Below, piece after piece: positions 1 to 10,163 of a DNA stretch of 54,911 nucleotides. A program made the translations under genes and the position numbers. The DNA is from Methylocystis sp. (lineage in GTDB: Bacteria > Pseudomonadota > Alphaproteobacteria > Rhizobiales > Beijerinckiaceae), in contig JBAUVQ010000204.1 in assembly GCA_049583305.1 (NCBI GenBank), positions 1 to 54,911 of the forward strand, given 5' to 3'. The number at the start of each line of letters is the position of its first letter. Position 1 is the stretch's first letter. Below the pieces are notes generated by a model. It worked only from the letters and a program-made list of their open reading frames with translations. It made no database searches and had not been told where the DNA came from.

Positions 1-1962
1 GGGCATCCGCGGAAAGCTCGCGCCGGCGCGCCCGCGGCGGAACCGCCCGCGCACCCTCCGCGCGGGGGTCTCGCGGCGCTGACTGTCGGCGCGATCGGCG
101 TCGTCTATGGCGACATCGGCACTTCGCCGCTCTATGCGATCGACCAGATTTTTTTCGGTCCCGCCGGCGTCGCGCCGACGCCGGACAATGTGCTCGGAGC
201 GATCTCGGCGGCGATCTGGACGATTTCCATCATCGTCGCGGTCAAATACGCGCTGCTGGTGCTGCGCGCCGAGAACGACGGCGAAGGGGGCGTGTTCGCG
301 CTCTATGGCCTGCTGCACAAATACAAGAATCACGGCGCGCGGGTCCTGTTGTGGTCGCTGATGCTCGGCGCGGGCCTACTGCTCGGCGACGGCATGATAA
401 CGCCGGCGATCAGCGTGCTTTCCGCTGTCGAAGGGCTCGAAGTCGCGACGCCCGCCTTCGCGCCTTATATTCTACCGATCACCCTAGCGCTGCTGACGGG
501 GCTTTTCGCGATCCAGCGCAAGGGCTCGTCGGGGATCGGCGTCATTTTCGGCCCCGTCATGATCGTCTGGTTCGTCGTGATCGCCGCGCTCGGCGTCGCC
601 GAGATCGGGCGCCAGCCGGCGATACTGGCGGCTATCAATCCGGCGCTCGGAGTCGACTTCATCGCGCGCGCCGGTCCGCGGGAGGCGCTGCTCATTCTCG
701 GGGCGTTGATGCTGGTCGTCACCGGCGGCGAGGCGATGTTCGCCGATCTCGGGCACTTCGGCGCGCGTCCGATCCGCGTCGGCTGGTTCGCCGTCGTCTT
801 TCCCGCTCTGCTGCTCAATTATCTTGGGCAGGGCGCGCATCTTCTCGGCGGCGAGCCGGTCGCGGCCGGGAAGCTGTTTTACAGCCTCGCGCCGGCGCCG
901 CTGGTCGCGCCACTGGTCGTATTGGCGACATTGGCGACGGTCGTCGCGTCGCAGGCCCTGATTTCGGGCGCCTTTTCACTGACGTCGCAGGCAATCGGAA
1001 TCGGGCTGTTCCCGCGCATCGCGGTCCAGCACACCCATAGCGCGCACGCCGGGCAAATATATATCCCGTTCGTCAACTGGGCGCTCTATTGCGGTTGCGT
1101 CGCGCTGGTGATCGCCTTCGGGTCGTCCTCGGCGCTGGCCGCCGCCTATGGTCTCGCCGTCGCGGGCGTGATGCTGATCACCTCGCTGTCCATGTTCACG
1201 ATCGCCAGGCGTTACTGGCGATGGGGGCCGATGCGCGCGGCGCTCACGTGGATCCCGCTAACCTTGATCGACGGCGCTTTTCTCGTCGCCTGTTCCTTGA
1301 AGTTCCTGGAAGGCGGCTTCGTGCCGCTTTCAGTCGGCGTCGGCGTTTTCGGCGTCATGGCGACCTGGCGGTGGGGACGCAAGGCGACTTTCGCGGCCTA
1401 TGCGGCGCGCTCGACGCTCACCATGGCCGACGTTGTGGCGCTACATCGCTCCAGCACGACTTTCATCGAGCGCAACGCGCTCGTCATGTGCCCGGCGCCG
1501 CTGCGTCATCCGACCGATCGCGCGCCCATTCCGGTGGAGTTGCTATGGGAGCGTTATGGCCTGCTTCCGCGCAATCTGATCCTGGTCGAGGTGACGCACC
1601 CGAAAGTTCCCTATATCCGCGACCACCGCTATCACGTGACCGTGTTCGACCACGACAAGGACCGCGGCGGCGTGATCGGCGTCGAATTGCGCTTCGGCTT
1701 CATGGAGGAGCCCAATGTCGAACGCTATCTGGAGGAATTGGCGCGTCACAAGGAGATCGACCTGCCGCCCCATCCCAAGCATTGGATCGTCCACGTCTCG
1801 CATGAGAGCCTGCTTCCGGCCAAGCGAATGAATGTGTTCAGGCGTCTGCGGTTCCGGCTATTTCTGTTTCTGCGGCTCGTCTCCCGACCCGCCTATTACG
1901 GTTATGGCCTCGGCGACGAGGTGCGGCTTTCGGTGGAGATCTTCCCGGTCAAGGTGAAATAG
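1..1962 (+). CDS. kup: KUP/HAK/KT family potassium transporter (5' end outside window)
   Basis: Frame is open from position 1 and reads GAIGVVYGDIGTSPLYA, then ENDGEGGVFAL, GDGMITPAISVLSAVEGL, TGGEAMFADLGHF, GQIYIPFVNW and FGFMEEPNV, all Kup signatures. Confidence 0.95.
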   Translation, partial: GHPRKARAGAPAAEPPAHPPRGGLAALTVGAIGVVYGDIGTSPLYAIDQIFFGPAGVAPTPDNVLGAISAAIWTISIIVAVKYALLVLRAENDGEGGVFALYGLLHKYKNHGARVLLWSLMLGAGLLLGDGMITPAISVLSAVEGLEVATPAFAPYILPITLALLTGLFAIQRKGSSGIGVIFGPVMIVWFVVIAALGVAEIGRQPAILAAINPALGVDFIARAGPREALLILGALMLVVTGGEAMFADLGHFGARPIRVGWFAVVFPALLLNYLGQGAHLLGGEPVAAGKLFYSLAPAPLVAPLVVLATLATVVASQALISGAFSLTSQAIGIGLFPRIAVQHTHSAHAGQIYIPFVNWALYCGCVALVIAFGSSSALAAAYGLAVAGVMLITSLSMFTIARRYWRWGPMRAALTWIPLTLIDGAFLVACSLKFLEGGFVPLSVGVGVFGVMATWRWGRKATFAAYAARSTLTMADVVALHRSSTTFIERNALVMCPAPLRHPTDRAPIPVELLWERYGLLPRNLILVEVTHPKVPYIRDHRYHVTVFDHDKDRGGVIGVELRFGFMEEPNVERYLEELARHKEIDLPPHPKHWIVHVSHESLLPAKRMNVFRRLRFRLFLFLRLVSRPAYYGYGLGDEVRLSVEIFPVKVK

Positions 1963-2246
1963 ACGCGCGAAGCCGGAGCCTTCGAACGGGCTGCTCGGAA
2001 AACGACGGCTCCAGCAGCGAATATGACGGTTGTCTTTTTCTCCAGAACCGTTAAATCCATTGGTAGCGTGCTAGTTGACGGTTCCCTGCTCTCGAATTCC
2101 GCGTCCGGGAGCATGAGAGTCGCCGGGTTCGGGCGCGCCATGGCGGGCTTCTCCAAGTCTCGAGAATTTTCGCGCGGCGCCGCCGCGCCGCCGAGACTGC
2201 TTACTCCACGAGCGCCCAGCCGCCGAGGCAACATAGACGAGGTTCC

Positions 2247-2888
2247 GTGCGCAATCCTGTCCGACCTTTTGTCGTCGAATTCAAAACTCGCTCCTCCAAA
2301 TCGTCCGCGCCGCGTTCCCCAAGGGCCGACGACGCCGGCAAGTCGGCCGCGACGCCGGCGTTTTTGGATGTTGGCGCCTTCAAGACGGGCCGAGGCGGTC
2401 CTGACAATGACTACGAAAGCGCGATGAAAGCCGCCGATGCGGTTTTCGGTCGGGGTGTTTCCACGACCTCCGCGCCTGAAACCACCGCGCCTCTCCCCGA
2501 CGCTCCCATCGGCAGGGTCTTGCCGAGCCTCATCGAACAGTCCGACCCGTTATTGGATCGCGGTCGGGAATCCGAGGAAAAGCCGCGTCGCGTTTCGGTC
2601 GCGAGAAAGTCCAAGTCGGCATCGCCCATCAAGTCCGCATCGCCCATCAAGTCGACATCGCCCATTCGGCATGAGGCTCCCGCGCGCGCCGTCAAGCCAC
2701 TCGCCCCGCCCAAACCCGTCGAGCCGCGGGTTTCAGCGAAGGCGCCAGCGGAGGAGCCCCGGCCCGTGGCGCCGACGGTCGCCGAATCCGATCGCGAGCG
2801 TCGATCGCTCCGGAAGCGCCGCCTTCTCGACGCGGACCTGAAAGCCGGCGAGAGATGGAAGCGGCGCCTGTGCAAGGCCGCTCGCTGA
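2247..2888 (+). CDS. Hypothetical protein, Pro/Lys/Ser-rich and low complexity
   Basis: GTG start after GAGG; N-terminal RPFVVEFK and C-terminal GERWKRRL resemble a Rhizobiales hypothetical family as I recall it. Confidence 0.7.
   Translation: MRNPVRPFVVEFKTRSSKSSAPRSPRADDAGKSAATPAFLDVGAFKTGRGGPDNDYESAMKAADAVFGRGVSTTSAPETTAPLPDAPIGRVLPSLIEQSDPLLDRGRESEEKPRRVSVARKSKSASPIKSASPIKSTSPIRHEAPARAVKPLAPPKPVEPRVSAKAPAEEPRPVAPTVAESDRERRSLRKRRLLDADLKAGERWKRRLCKAAR
2613..2666 (+). repeat. 3 x 18-bp in-frame tandem repeat (KSASPI/KSASPI/KSTSPI)
   Basis: aagtcggcatcgcccatc aagtccgcatcgcccatc aagtcgacatcgcccatt. Confidence 0.9.
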
Positions 2889-3055
2889 AGGATCGCTTAC
2901 AGGGCGCATTTTACCCGGGTCGCCAGCGCGATTGAAGCATCTTGGAGCGCAGCGGCTCCCGTTCGCATGAAAAGAACGCGAAGAATCAATGGAAGCTGGA
3001 GTCTTTCCCATTCAATCGGGACGCGAACGACTCCGGGCGCGCGCGACGAAAAACC

Positions 3056-3928
3056 ATGCCTGAGTTGCCTGAAGTCGAAACCGTCCGGCGCGGGCTTGCC
3101 CCGATTTTCGAAGGATCCTCGATCGCCGGCGTCGAGTTGAGGCGCGCCGATCTGCGCTTTCCCTTTCCGCCGAACTTTCGAGCGAGGTTAAAGGGACGGC
3201 GCGTCGTCGATTTGCGGCGGCGCGCCAAATATCTCGTCGCCGCGCTCGACAATGGCGAACTATTGATCATGCATCTTGGCATGAGCGGTTCGTTTCGCGT
3301 CGACAACGCGCCGCCCGCTGGGGAATTCCATTTTTCGCGCGCGAAACATCCCGCACACGATCATGTGATCTTTAGTTTCGAAAGCGGAGCGCGCGTGAGC
3401 TATAACGATCCGAGGCGCTTCGGCTTCATGCTGCTGTTCCCGGCGTCGGAGTTCGAAACGCATCCGCTGTTCGCGAAGCTGGGCATGGAGCCTCTCGACG
3501 CGTCGACAAACGCCGAAACGCTGGGCGAGGCTTTGCGAGGCCGCGAGACGCCCCTCAAAGCCGCTTTGCTCGACCAAAAAATCATCGCCGGACTGGGCAA
3601 TATTTACGTCTGCGAGGCGCTGCACCGCGCGAGGCTCTCGCCGCTGCGAAGCGCTGGGAGCCTGATATCCGCGGCGGGAAAGCCGTCGCGAGAGCTTAAG
3701 CGCCTCTCGGCGTCGATCGTGGACGTGCTGACGGAAGCGATCGAGGCGGGCGGCTCCTCGCTGCGCGATCATCGTCAGACCGACGGTTCTCTTGGCTATT
3801 TCCAGCACAACTTTCGCGTCTATGACCGCGAGGGAGCTCCCTGCCCGACGCCAGACTGCGAAGGCGTGGTGCTTCGCGCGCGGCAATCGGGCCGCTCAAC
3901 CTTTTATTGTTCCCAATGCCAAAAATAG
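3056..3928 (+). CDS. mutM: Formamidopyrimidine-DNA glycosylase
   Basis: Starts MPELPEVET; HLGMSG, DPRRFG, GLGNIYVCEAL, C-terminal zinc finger CPTPDC...RSTFYCSQCQ. Confidence 0.97.
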   Translation: MPELPEVETVRRGLAPIFEGSSIAGVELRRADLRFPFPPNFRARLKGRRVVDLRRRAKYLVAALDNGELLIMHLGMSGSFRVDNAPPAGEFHFSRAKHPAHDHVIFSFESGARVSYNDPRRFGFMLLFPASEFETHPLFAKLGMEPLDASTNAETLGEALRGRETPLKAALLDQKIIAGLGNIYVCEALHRARLSPLRSAGSLISAAGKPSRELKRLSASIVDVLTEAIEAGGSSLRDHRQTDGSLGYFQHNFRVYDREGAPCPTPDCEGVVLRARQSGRSTFYCSQCQK

Positions 3929-3962
3929 CATTCGGTCCTATTCTTTTTCGCGACGAAAAATT

Positions 3963-4727
3963 TTAGCCGCGCGCGGCGGCGTCTCGCGGGTCGAACCAGC
4001 CAAACAGCAGGACTCCCGCGAGAAACCCGCCGATATGCGCCTCCCAGGCGACGACGCCCGCCACGCCCGACGCTCCCGGAATTAGGCCGAACAGCAGATT
4101 CGCGCCGAACCAGCTCAAAAGAAACGCCGTGGCGCGCCGATCGACGAAAAGGCGGCTTAGCGGTTGCGGTCCGCGCGTCTCATGGGCGTCGTCCCGCCCC
4201 ATTGCGCGCTTGCCGAGCGCTTCGCCCGGCGCGAAGGCAAAACGCGCGATCGCCGCCATCGCGCCGGAAATCGCCGCCGAGGCGCCGACAACCGGCTCAA
4301 TATCGAAGGGATGCGCCGCGAGATGCGCCAAGGCGCCCGCGATCGCCGTCGTCGCGAAGAACAAGAGAAAGCGCGTCGATCCGAGACGTCGCGCGACCGG
4401 CGCGCCAAAGGCCGCGAGCATCACGCCATTAATCGCCAAATGCGTCCAGTTGGCGTGCAGAAAGGCATAGCTGAGCGGCGTCCACCACGAAAATTTCGCC
4501 GTGTTGAGAAGGACCGCCAAGTCGTCCGCGTCCACGTCGGCGAGCGCGCGCAAGACTTGGTCAGGCGCCGCCAAAAAACTCAAGCGAGCCGGAATGAACG
4601 AAAACCACACGAGCATCCAGGAGCCGATGGTCTCCGGGAACAAATCCCCCACGAGTTGAACGACGACGAGGATCGCGAGCAGAGCCACGACGACGCCGGG
4701 CAGGTTGAAAATCCTCTCCCGGTTCAC
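3963..4727 (-). CDS. Rhomboid family intramembrane serine protease
   Basis: HANWTHLAIN, catalytic GASAAISG, AWEAHIGG; multiple transmembrane segments. Confidence 0.92.
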   Translation of the reverse strand: MNRERIFNLPGVVVALLAILVVVQLVGDLFPETIGSWMLVWFSFIPARLSFLAAPDQVLRALADVDADDLAVLLNTAKFSWWTPLSYAFLHANWTHLAINGVMLAAFGAPVARRLGSTRFLLFFATTAIAGALAHLAAHPFDIEPVVGASAAISGAMAAIARFAFAPGEALGKRAMGRDDAHETRGPQPLSRLFVDRRATAFLLSWFGANLLFGLIPGASGVAGVVAWEAHIGGFLAGVLLFGWFDPRDAAARG

Positions 4728-5211
4728 GCCGTCTCCCGCTCGAAAGCCTTTTCGCGCCGCTCAAGCGCGCTCGTTCGCGCCAGACCGGAAGGGCGCCAAT
4801 ATGGCGCAATTCGATAACATGCTTGTTTCATCCTGAACCAAGCCCGCCGTCCGCCGCGGATCGCGTTCGCCTCGGCGAAAGGCGCTGGACCGAAGGGGAG
4901 GAACCGCCGGAGCATGCGCCCCCTCCCATCTTCGCCACGTATTCGGAGAACCAACCTCATAAAGAGCAGCGGCCCATCAATTCTTGCCGCCTCCCCGAGC
5001 GCTCGGCAACAAGCGGAGCATCTCGTTCCAAGCCCCCGGGGACAGGCTGGAGAGTGTCACGCGTCGACCGCGAGCGCAACGCAACTCTTTCGAAAAGGTT
5101 AATCGAAGCCCGGTGGCGCGGATGGTGCAGTTAACTTCCGGCGCCCGCGATTTGATCCGCGAGCGTGCCGAAACGGCGCCATTACGAACCAGCTTGCGAG
5201 TAGCAGGACAG

Positions 5212-5847
5212 ATGATGAGACATTCCGTCAGCAGAGATCTTTACACTTATTGGAACCGATTGCGCGGCGCGAGATCCGCGCCGGATCGAAGCGACATTGA
5301 TCCCGCCGCGATCCGCCACGTGCTCGCCGACAGTTTCATTGTCGAGATCGAGCCGAGCTGCCGCTTCCCGATCCGCCTTTGCGGCACGCGATTGAACGCG
5401 CTCTGGCTCTCCGATCAGAAAGGCAACTCCTTCCTCGACCTTTGGCGCTCGGAAGACCGGCGCAGTGTCGCCGCCGCCCTGCTGACGGTCATCGACGGCG
5501 CGACGCCGATCGTGGCGGGCGCGCTCGCCCACGCTCCGGGCGTTGACCAGCATCAATTCGACAAGGCTATCGCGGACGTCGATCGGGATTTGAATTTCGA
5601 GTTGCTGCTGCTGCCGCTCCGCCATTTCGGCAAGACTCACTCGCGCCTGCTGGGCTCGCTTTCTTCTTCCAACCAGACTCCCTGGCTTGGCCACACGGTC
5701 GCGTCAAAGCTTTACCTCAAGTCTTTAAGAATAATTCGCGCGCAAGAACCGCAAGCAGCGCCCTCGCCAACGGTCTACTCTTCGCGAGGGGCAGGAAAAC
5801 GCCCGCCACTCCTGGTTGTGCACGAGGGAGGAAAGGCGCGAATGTAG
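5212..5847 (+). CDS. PAS domain-containing protein (DUF1457/PAS_5)
   Basis: MRHSVSRDLYTYWNRLRGARSAPDRSDIDPAAI...RLCGT...ELLLLPL; AGGA upstream. Confidence 0.85.
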   Translation: MMRHSVSRDLYTYWNRLRGARSAPDRSDIDPAAIRHVLADSFIVEIEPSCRFPIRLCGTRLNALWLSDQKGNSFLDLWRSEDRRSVAAALLTVIDGATPIVAGALAHAPGVDQHQFDKAIADVDRDLNFELLLLPLRHFGKTHSRLLGSLSSSNQTPWLGHTVASKLYLKSLRIIRAQEPQAAPSPTVYSSRGAGKRPPLLVVHEGGKARM

Positions 5848-5866
5848 ACGTTGCTTAATTTTGAGT

Positions 5867-5881
5867 GTAAGGCGTTGTTAA
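5867..5881. promoter_or_regulatory. Possible CtrA-binding site
   Basis: GTAA-ggcgttg-TTAA, one mismatch to TTAA-N7-TTAA, with an extra TTAA at 5855, upstream of the PilZ gene. Confidence 0.4.
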
Positions 5882-5931
5882 GCCGCGTTCCGTAGTATTT
5901 GCTCATCAACGAGCTCATCCCAGCTCCATCG

Positions 5932-6546
5932 ATGGCGGCCATGACACTCCCACTGCAAAACCTTATCGAGCAGGTTGAAAGTCGGCGATTCCAACGCGTT
6001 CCGGTTGCGTTGTTTGGCCGCTATATGCTCGAATCGAAGACGGAATACCCCTGTCAGACGATAGAAATGTCGCCGGGCGACATGTTGCTGTTCGCGCCGG
6101 TCAAGGCGGGCATCGGCGAAAAGGTGATCGTCTATCTCGACGAATTGGGCCGGTTCGCGGGCACCACCGTGCGCGTTGTTCCAACGGGCTTCGCCATCGC
6201 GATGAATCTGCCGTTACTCAAACGCGACAAGTTGGCGGATCAGCTGACCTGGTTCGCCACGCGCAACATCATCGGCCTCCCCGAGGATCGCCGCCACGAA
6301 CGTATCGTGCCCTTGATGAGCCGGGCCATTCTGCGGCTGGAGGACAAGCGCGAGATCATCGTCAAGATTTTGGACATTTCCCTTTCCGGCGTCGGCGTCG
6401 CCACGGATACGATACCGCCGACCGGAACCGCTATCGTGCTGGGATCAACGCCGGCCACGGTCGTTCGCCACTTCCCCGGCGGGTTCGCCGCGGAGTTCCA
6501 GAAGCCGTTCGCCTCCGGATCGATTGACGAACTTACCCGGCTTTAA
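5932..6546 (+). CDS. Tandem PilZ domain protein
   Basis: Two RxxxR motifs (ESRRFQRV, DRRHERI) each followed by a D/ExSxxG-like motif (EMSPGD, DISLSG); start could be 5932 or 5941. Confidence 0.9.
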   Translation: MAAMTLPLQNLIEQVESRRFQRVPVALFGRYMLESKTEYPCQTIEMSPGDMLLFAPVKAGIGEKVIVYLDELGRFAGTTVRVVPTGFAIAMNLPLLKRDKLADQLTWFATRNIIGLPEDRRHERIVPLMSRAILRLEDKREIIVKILDISLSGVGVATDTIPPTGTAIVLGSTPATVVRHFPGGFAAEFQKPFASGSIDELTRL

Positions 6547-6582
6547 GCGCGCGAGCGCGTTTTTCCGCGAGGTCGAGAGCCT

Positions 6583-8067
6583 CTAGTTCTTCCAGCCGAG
6601 CGACTTCTCCACCGCTTTTTCCCAAGAGGCGAGAAGACGCTCGCGTTCCACCGCGTCCATATCGGGACTCCAACGCCGTTCGCACCGCCAATGGGCGGCG
6701 ACGTCTTCGACGCCGCGCCAAACCCCCACCGCGAGCCCAGCGGCATAGGCGGCGCCGAGCGCCGTGGTCTCGACGCAACTCGGCCGCGCGACGGAAACGC
6801 CGAGGATATCCGCCTGAAACTGCATCAACAGTTCGTTCGCCACCATGCCGCCGTCAACGCGCAGCTCGGACGGAGTAGCGCCCGAGTCCAGGGTCATCGC
6901 GGCGAGAACCTCGCGCGTTTGATAGGCTGCGGCCTCCAGCGCGGCTCTGGCGATGTGCCCCTTGCCGGAAAAGCGTGTGAGGCCGGCGATGACGCCCCGC
7001 GCGTCCGGGCGCCATCGCGGCGCGTAAAGACCCGAAAAAGCTGGCACGAAATAAACGTCGCCATTATCCGCGACCGAACGCGCCAGCGCTTCGACATCCT
7101 CGCTGCGCTCGATAATGCCGAGGTTGTCTCGCAGCCATTGCACCAGGGCTCCGGCGATGGCGATGGAGCCTTCGAGCGCGTAGACCGGCTTCGCCTCGCC
7201 CAGCCTGTAGGCAAGAGTCGTGATCAGACCCCTGTCCGAGAAACGCGGGCTCTCGCCCGTGTTCATCAACAGGAAACAACCGGTGCCATAAGTGTTCTTG
7301 GCGTCGCCTGGTTTCAGGCCCGCTTGCCCGAGCAACGCGCCTTGTTGGTCGCCGATCGCGGCGGCGAGCGGAACCCCCTCGAACACGCCGTAAATTTCGC
7401 TCGACGAGCGGATCTCGGGCAGGCAGGCGCGGGGAATATCGAACAGCCGCAATATCTCGTCGTCCCAATCGAGGGTCATGAGATTCATCAATTGCGTGCG
7501 GGAGGCGTTGGTGACGTCGGTGAGGTGCCGCCCTCCTCGCGGCCCGCCCGTCAGATTCCAGATAAGCCAGGAGTCGATTGTTCCGAAAAATATATCGCCG
7601 CGCTCGGCGCGGGCGCGCGCGCCCGGAAGGTTGTCGAACAGCCAAACCAGTTTGAGGCCGGAAAAGTAACTCGCGAGCGGCAAGCCCGTTCGCGCGCGCA
7701 GCCGATCCGTCCCGCCCTCGCGCGCGAAACGCGCCACGAGCGCGTCGTTGCGCGTATCCATCCACACGATCGCATTGTGCAGCGGCGCGCCGGTGATCCT
7801 GTCCCACAGCACGGTGGTCTCGCGCTGATTGGTCACGCCGATCGCCGCGAGATCGGATCGCGAGAGCCCGGCCCTCGCCAGCGCGCCGTCCATGACCGCG
7901 AGCGTATCTCGCCAGATCTCGCTGGCGTCGTGCTCCACCCAACCCGGCCGCGCGCATATCTGCGCATGTTCGCGACGGTCTAGCGCGACCACTTCCCCCG
8001 CTTCGTCGAAAATGATGAAGCGCGTGCTGGTCGTGCCTTGATCGATCGCGCCGACATATTTGACCAT
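6583..8067 (-). CDS. glpK: Glycerol kinase
   Basis: [56 protein letters not shown]. Confidence 0.96.
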   Translation of the reverse strand: MVKYVGAIDQGTTSTRFIIFDEAGEVVALDRREHAQICARPGWVEHDASEIWRDTLAVMDGALARAGLSRSDLAAIGVTNQRETTVLWDRITGAPLHNAIVWMDTRNDALVARFAREGGTDRLRARTGLPLASYFSGLKLVWLFDNLPGARARAERGDIFFGTIDSWLIWNLTGGPRGGRHLTDVTNASRTQLMNLMTLDWDDEILRLFDIPRACLPEIRSSSEIYGVFEGVPLAAAIGDQQGALLGQAGLKPGDAKNTYGTGCFLLMNTGESPRFSDRGLITTLAYRLGEAKPVYALEGSIAIAGALVQWLRDNLGIIERSEDVEALARSVADNGDVYFVPAFSGLYAPRWRPDARGVIAGLTRFSGKGHIARAALEAAAYQTREVLAAMTLDSGATPSELRVDGGMVANELLMQFQADILGVSVARPSCVETTALGAAYAAGLAVGVWRGVEDVAAHWRCERRWSPDMDAVERERLLASWEKAVEKSLGWKN

Positions 8068-8207
8068 GATGCGTCCGCGATGGGATCGAGTTTTCGCGCC
8101 TAGTCGAACATATCCGCCATGCCGCCAATCGCGCAAGCGCGCGGACCCTAGGATTTCTTCGCGGGCGGTCTGGCGCTTGTCGCGAGCGCGCGCTAAATTA
8201 ACAACGC

Positions 8208-8361
8208 GGTGCTGCGGGGCGCGTGTTGGACCTAATTCCCCGGGGCCTTATCGATCTCCATGGGAGCTGTCCCTGGTCTCGCCCGTGGGCTTGGTCACAT
8301 GGCGCCCACCTACTCTGTAGGTTCCCGGGATCGATGTCCCACGGCTTTCGTGGCCCGCACC
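8208..8361 (+). ncRNA. ssrS: 6S RNA
   Basis: About 155 nt; ends pair (ggtgc...gcacc) and ccccgggg pairs with cccggga; contains alphaproteobacterial 6S-like motifs (ccggggccttatcga, gggagctgtccctgg, ggcgcccacc); lies directly upstream of 5-formyl-THF cyclo-ligase, the conserved ssrS-ygfA arrangement. Confidence 0.88.
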
Positions 8362-8426
8362 CCGGCCTTGCCGGCCAAATTCTCTCTGCGATTCTCTGGG
8401 CAGTTCTCTGGGCGCGGCAAAATTCG

Positions 8427-9008
8427 ATGAACGAATTAAAAACAACATTACGTCGACACGCCCTCGCCCGCCGCGATCTCATAAACCAGCAAGAAGCTCG
8501 CGACGCGGCTTCGGCGATGCGAGCCAACGCGTTGGCGTTGATGGAATCGCTCCGCGACCACGGCGCCGCGCCCGTCATCTCCGTTTATTGGCCAATCCGC
8601 AGCGAGCTCAACACCCGCCCGCTGATCGAAACCTTGTACGAACAGGGTCTCAAGGTCGCGCTTCCGATCATGGTCGCGGTCAAGCGCCCCCTCCAGTTTC
8701 GAGCCTTCGCGCCGGGCGACGAATTAGCCAAGGGCCCTTTCGGCCTCAGCGAGCCTTCTTCCGATAAGACGGCGGTGGAGCCGACGATCGTCTTCGCGCC
8801 GCTGGCCGCCTTCGACCGCAGGGGCTTTCGGCTGGGCTACGGCGGCGGCATTTACGACGCGACGCTCAACGCGCTGCGAGCGAAACATCCGGTGACCGCG
8901 ATTGGCCTCGCCTACGCCACGCAGGAAGCTGACGAGATTCCGGTCGAGCCGCACGACCAAAAACTCGATTTTATCGTCACGGAACGCGAGACGATCCGTT
9001 GCGGGTGA
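8427..9008 (+). CDS. 5-formyltetrahydrofolate cyclo-ligase
   Basis: YWPIRSE, PLAAFDRRGFRLGYGGGIYD, EPHDQKLDFIVTE. Confidence 0.95.
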   Translation: MNELKTTLRRHALARRDLINQQEARDAASAMRANALALMESLRDHGAAPVISVYWPIRSELNTRPLIETLYEQGLKVALPIMVAVKRPLQFRAFAPGDELAKGPFGLSEPSSDKTAVEPTIVFAPLAAFDRRGFRLGYGGGIYDATLNALRAKHPVTAIGLAYATQEADEIPVEPHDQKLDFIVTERETIRCG

Positions 9009-9172
9009 CCTTTGCCCGACGCGCGACGACGGTCGAGACCTGGAGTCGTGGCGCCAAAGTCACGGTCGGAAAAATTCGAATCGTTAACTAAAACTTTCGA
9101 CCTTGCGTTAACCCCGACATAGCAGTCTCGCGGGACAGCCTGCCTTTTTGGACGGGCTTTCGTGAGACTCCC

Positions 9173-10039
9173 ATGGCCTGCCGCGTATCGCCCTATCTCG
9201 TCGTTCTTTCGCCGGCTCTGCTGGCGGCGGTTCTTTCGGGCTGCTCCGCGCCAGTGAGACCACAGCGCCCCGCCTGGCGCACGCAGGCCGAGAACGCCTG
9301 CCTCGCACAGCGACGGGTGGAGCCCTCCGCCTATGTGCAGATCGCCAATGAGATGGACGGCCCCGGCATTTGCGGTCTGACGCGCCCGTTCAAGGTCACG
9401 GCGTTGCAGGGCGGCGCCGTGACATTCAGCGCCAAGGCGACGCTGGATTGCTCGATGGTCGCCGAACTCGACCAATGGCTGGTTGATGTCGTGCAGCCAG
9501 CGGCGCAGGCGCGGTTTGGGCAGCAGGTGGTCCAGATCAATTCGATGGGGTCCTACGCCTGCCGCGGCATGAACAATCAAAGCTCCGCGCCGCTGTCGGA
9601 ACACTCTTTCGGCAATGCGCTGGACATTGGCGGGTTCGTGCTGGCGGACGGTCGCCAGATATCGATCGTGCGTGATTGGACCCGGGGCGACTTCGCGAGC
9701 CGCGCCTTTTTAATGGATGTCCACGGCGGCTCGTGCCAGCATTTCTCGACGGTTTTGGCGCCCGGCTCCAACCCATTCCACTATAATCATATTCACGTCG
9801 ATCTGGCGATGCACGGACGCGGCGGCAAACATATTTGCAAGCCCGTTCCGCACGAGATCGCCGCGCCTCCGCCGCCCGTGTCACCCTTGCTGGTGACCAA
9901 GGGGCCGGCTCCCGTCGAGGACGAGGACGGCGACACTGGCGAGCCGCCGCGCGCGGCGTTCGAGGGCGGAAGAGAAGCAAGCCTTGATGCGTTCTCGGCG
10001 CCCCTGCCGCCTAGGCGAAACGAGTCCGGAGAAAATTGA
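9173..10039 (+). CDS. Extensin-like C-terminal domain lipoprotein
   Basis: Lipobox LSGC; GSYACR, LSEHSFGNALDI, HYNHIHVD. Confidence 0.88.
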   Translation: MACRVSPYLVVLSPALLAAVLSGCSAPVRPQRPAWRTQAENACLAQRRVEPSAYVQIANEMDGPGICGLTRPFKVTALQGGAVTFSAKATLDCSMVAELDQWLVDVVQPAAQARFGQQVVQINSMGSYACRGMNNQSSAPLSEHSFGNALDIGGFVLADGRQISIVRDWTRGDFASRAFLMDVHGGSCQHFSTVLAPGSNPFHYNHIHVDLAMHGRGGKHICKPVPHEIAAPPPPVSPLLVTKGPAPVEDEDGDTGEPPRAAFEGGREASLDAFSAPLPPRRNESGEN

Positions 10040-10163
10040 GGAATTTCGACTGATGGTCGACGCCGCGACTTGAATGCGGACGAACGAATAAAAGCGAAGA
10101 TTCCCCGCGCGGCGCCGAGGAAATCAACCGCCTCGCCGCGGCCCGAGCCGTTAAACGCGCGCT

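Noticed and set aside
4830..4990. suhB/cuckoo-like sRNA (GTTCCTCCCCC on the minus strand)
   Set aside because: A single motif with no clear terminator; insufficient support
8380..8413. 12-bp-period TTCTCTGGGC repeats after 6S RNA
   Set aside because: Two to three short degenerate copies with no functional clue
8223..8426. N-terminal extension of the cyclo-ligase ORF
   Set aside because: Runs through the 6S RNA; the recognisable protein starts at ATG 8427
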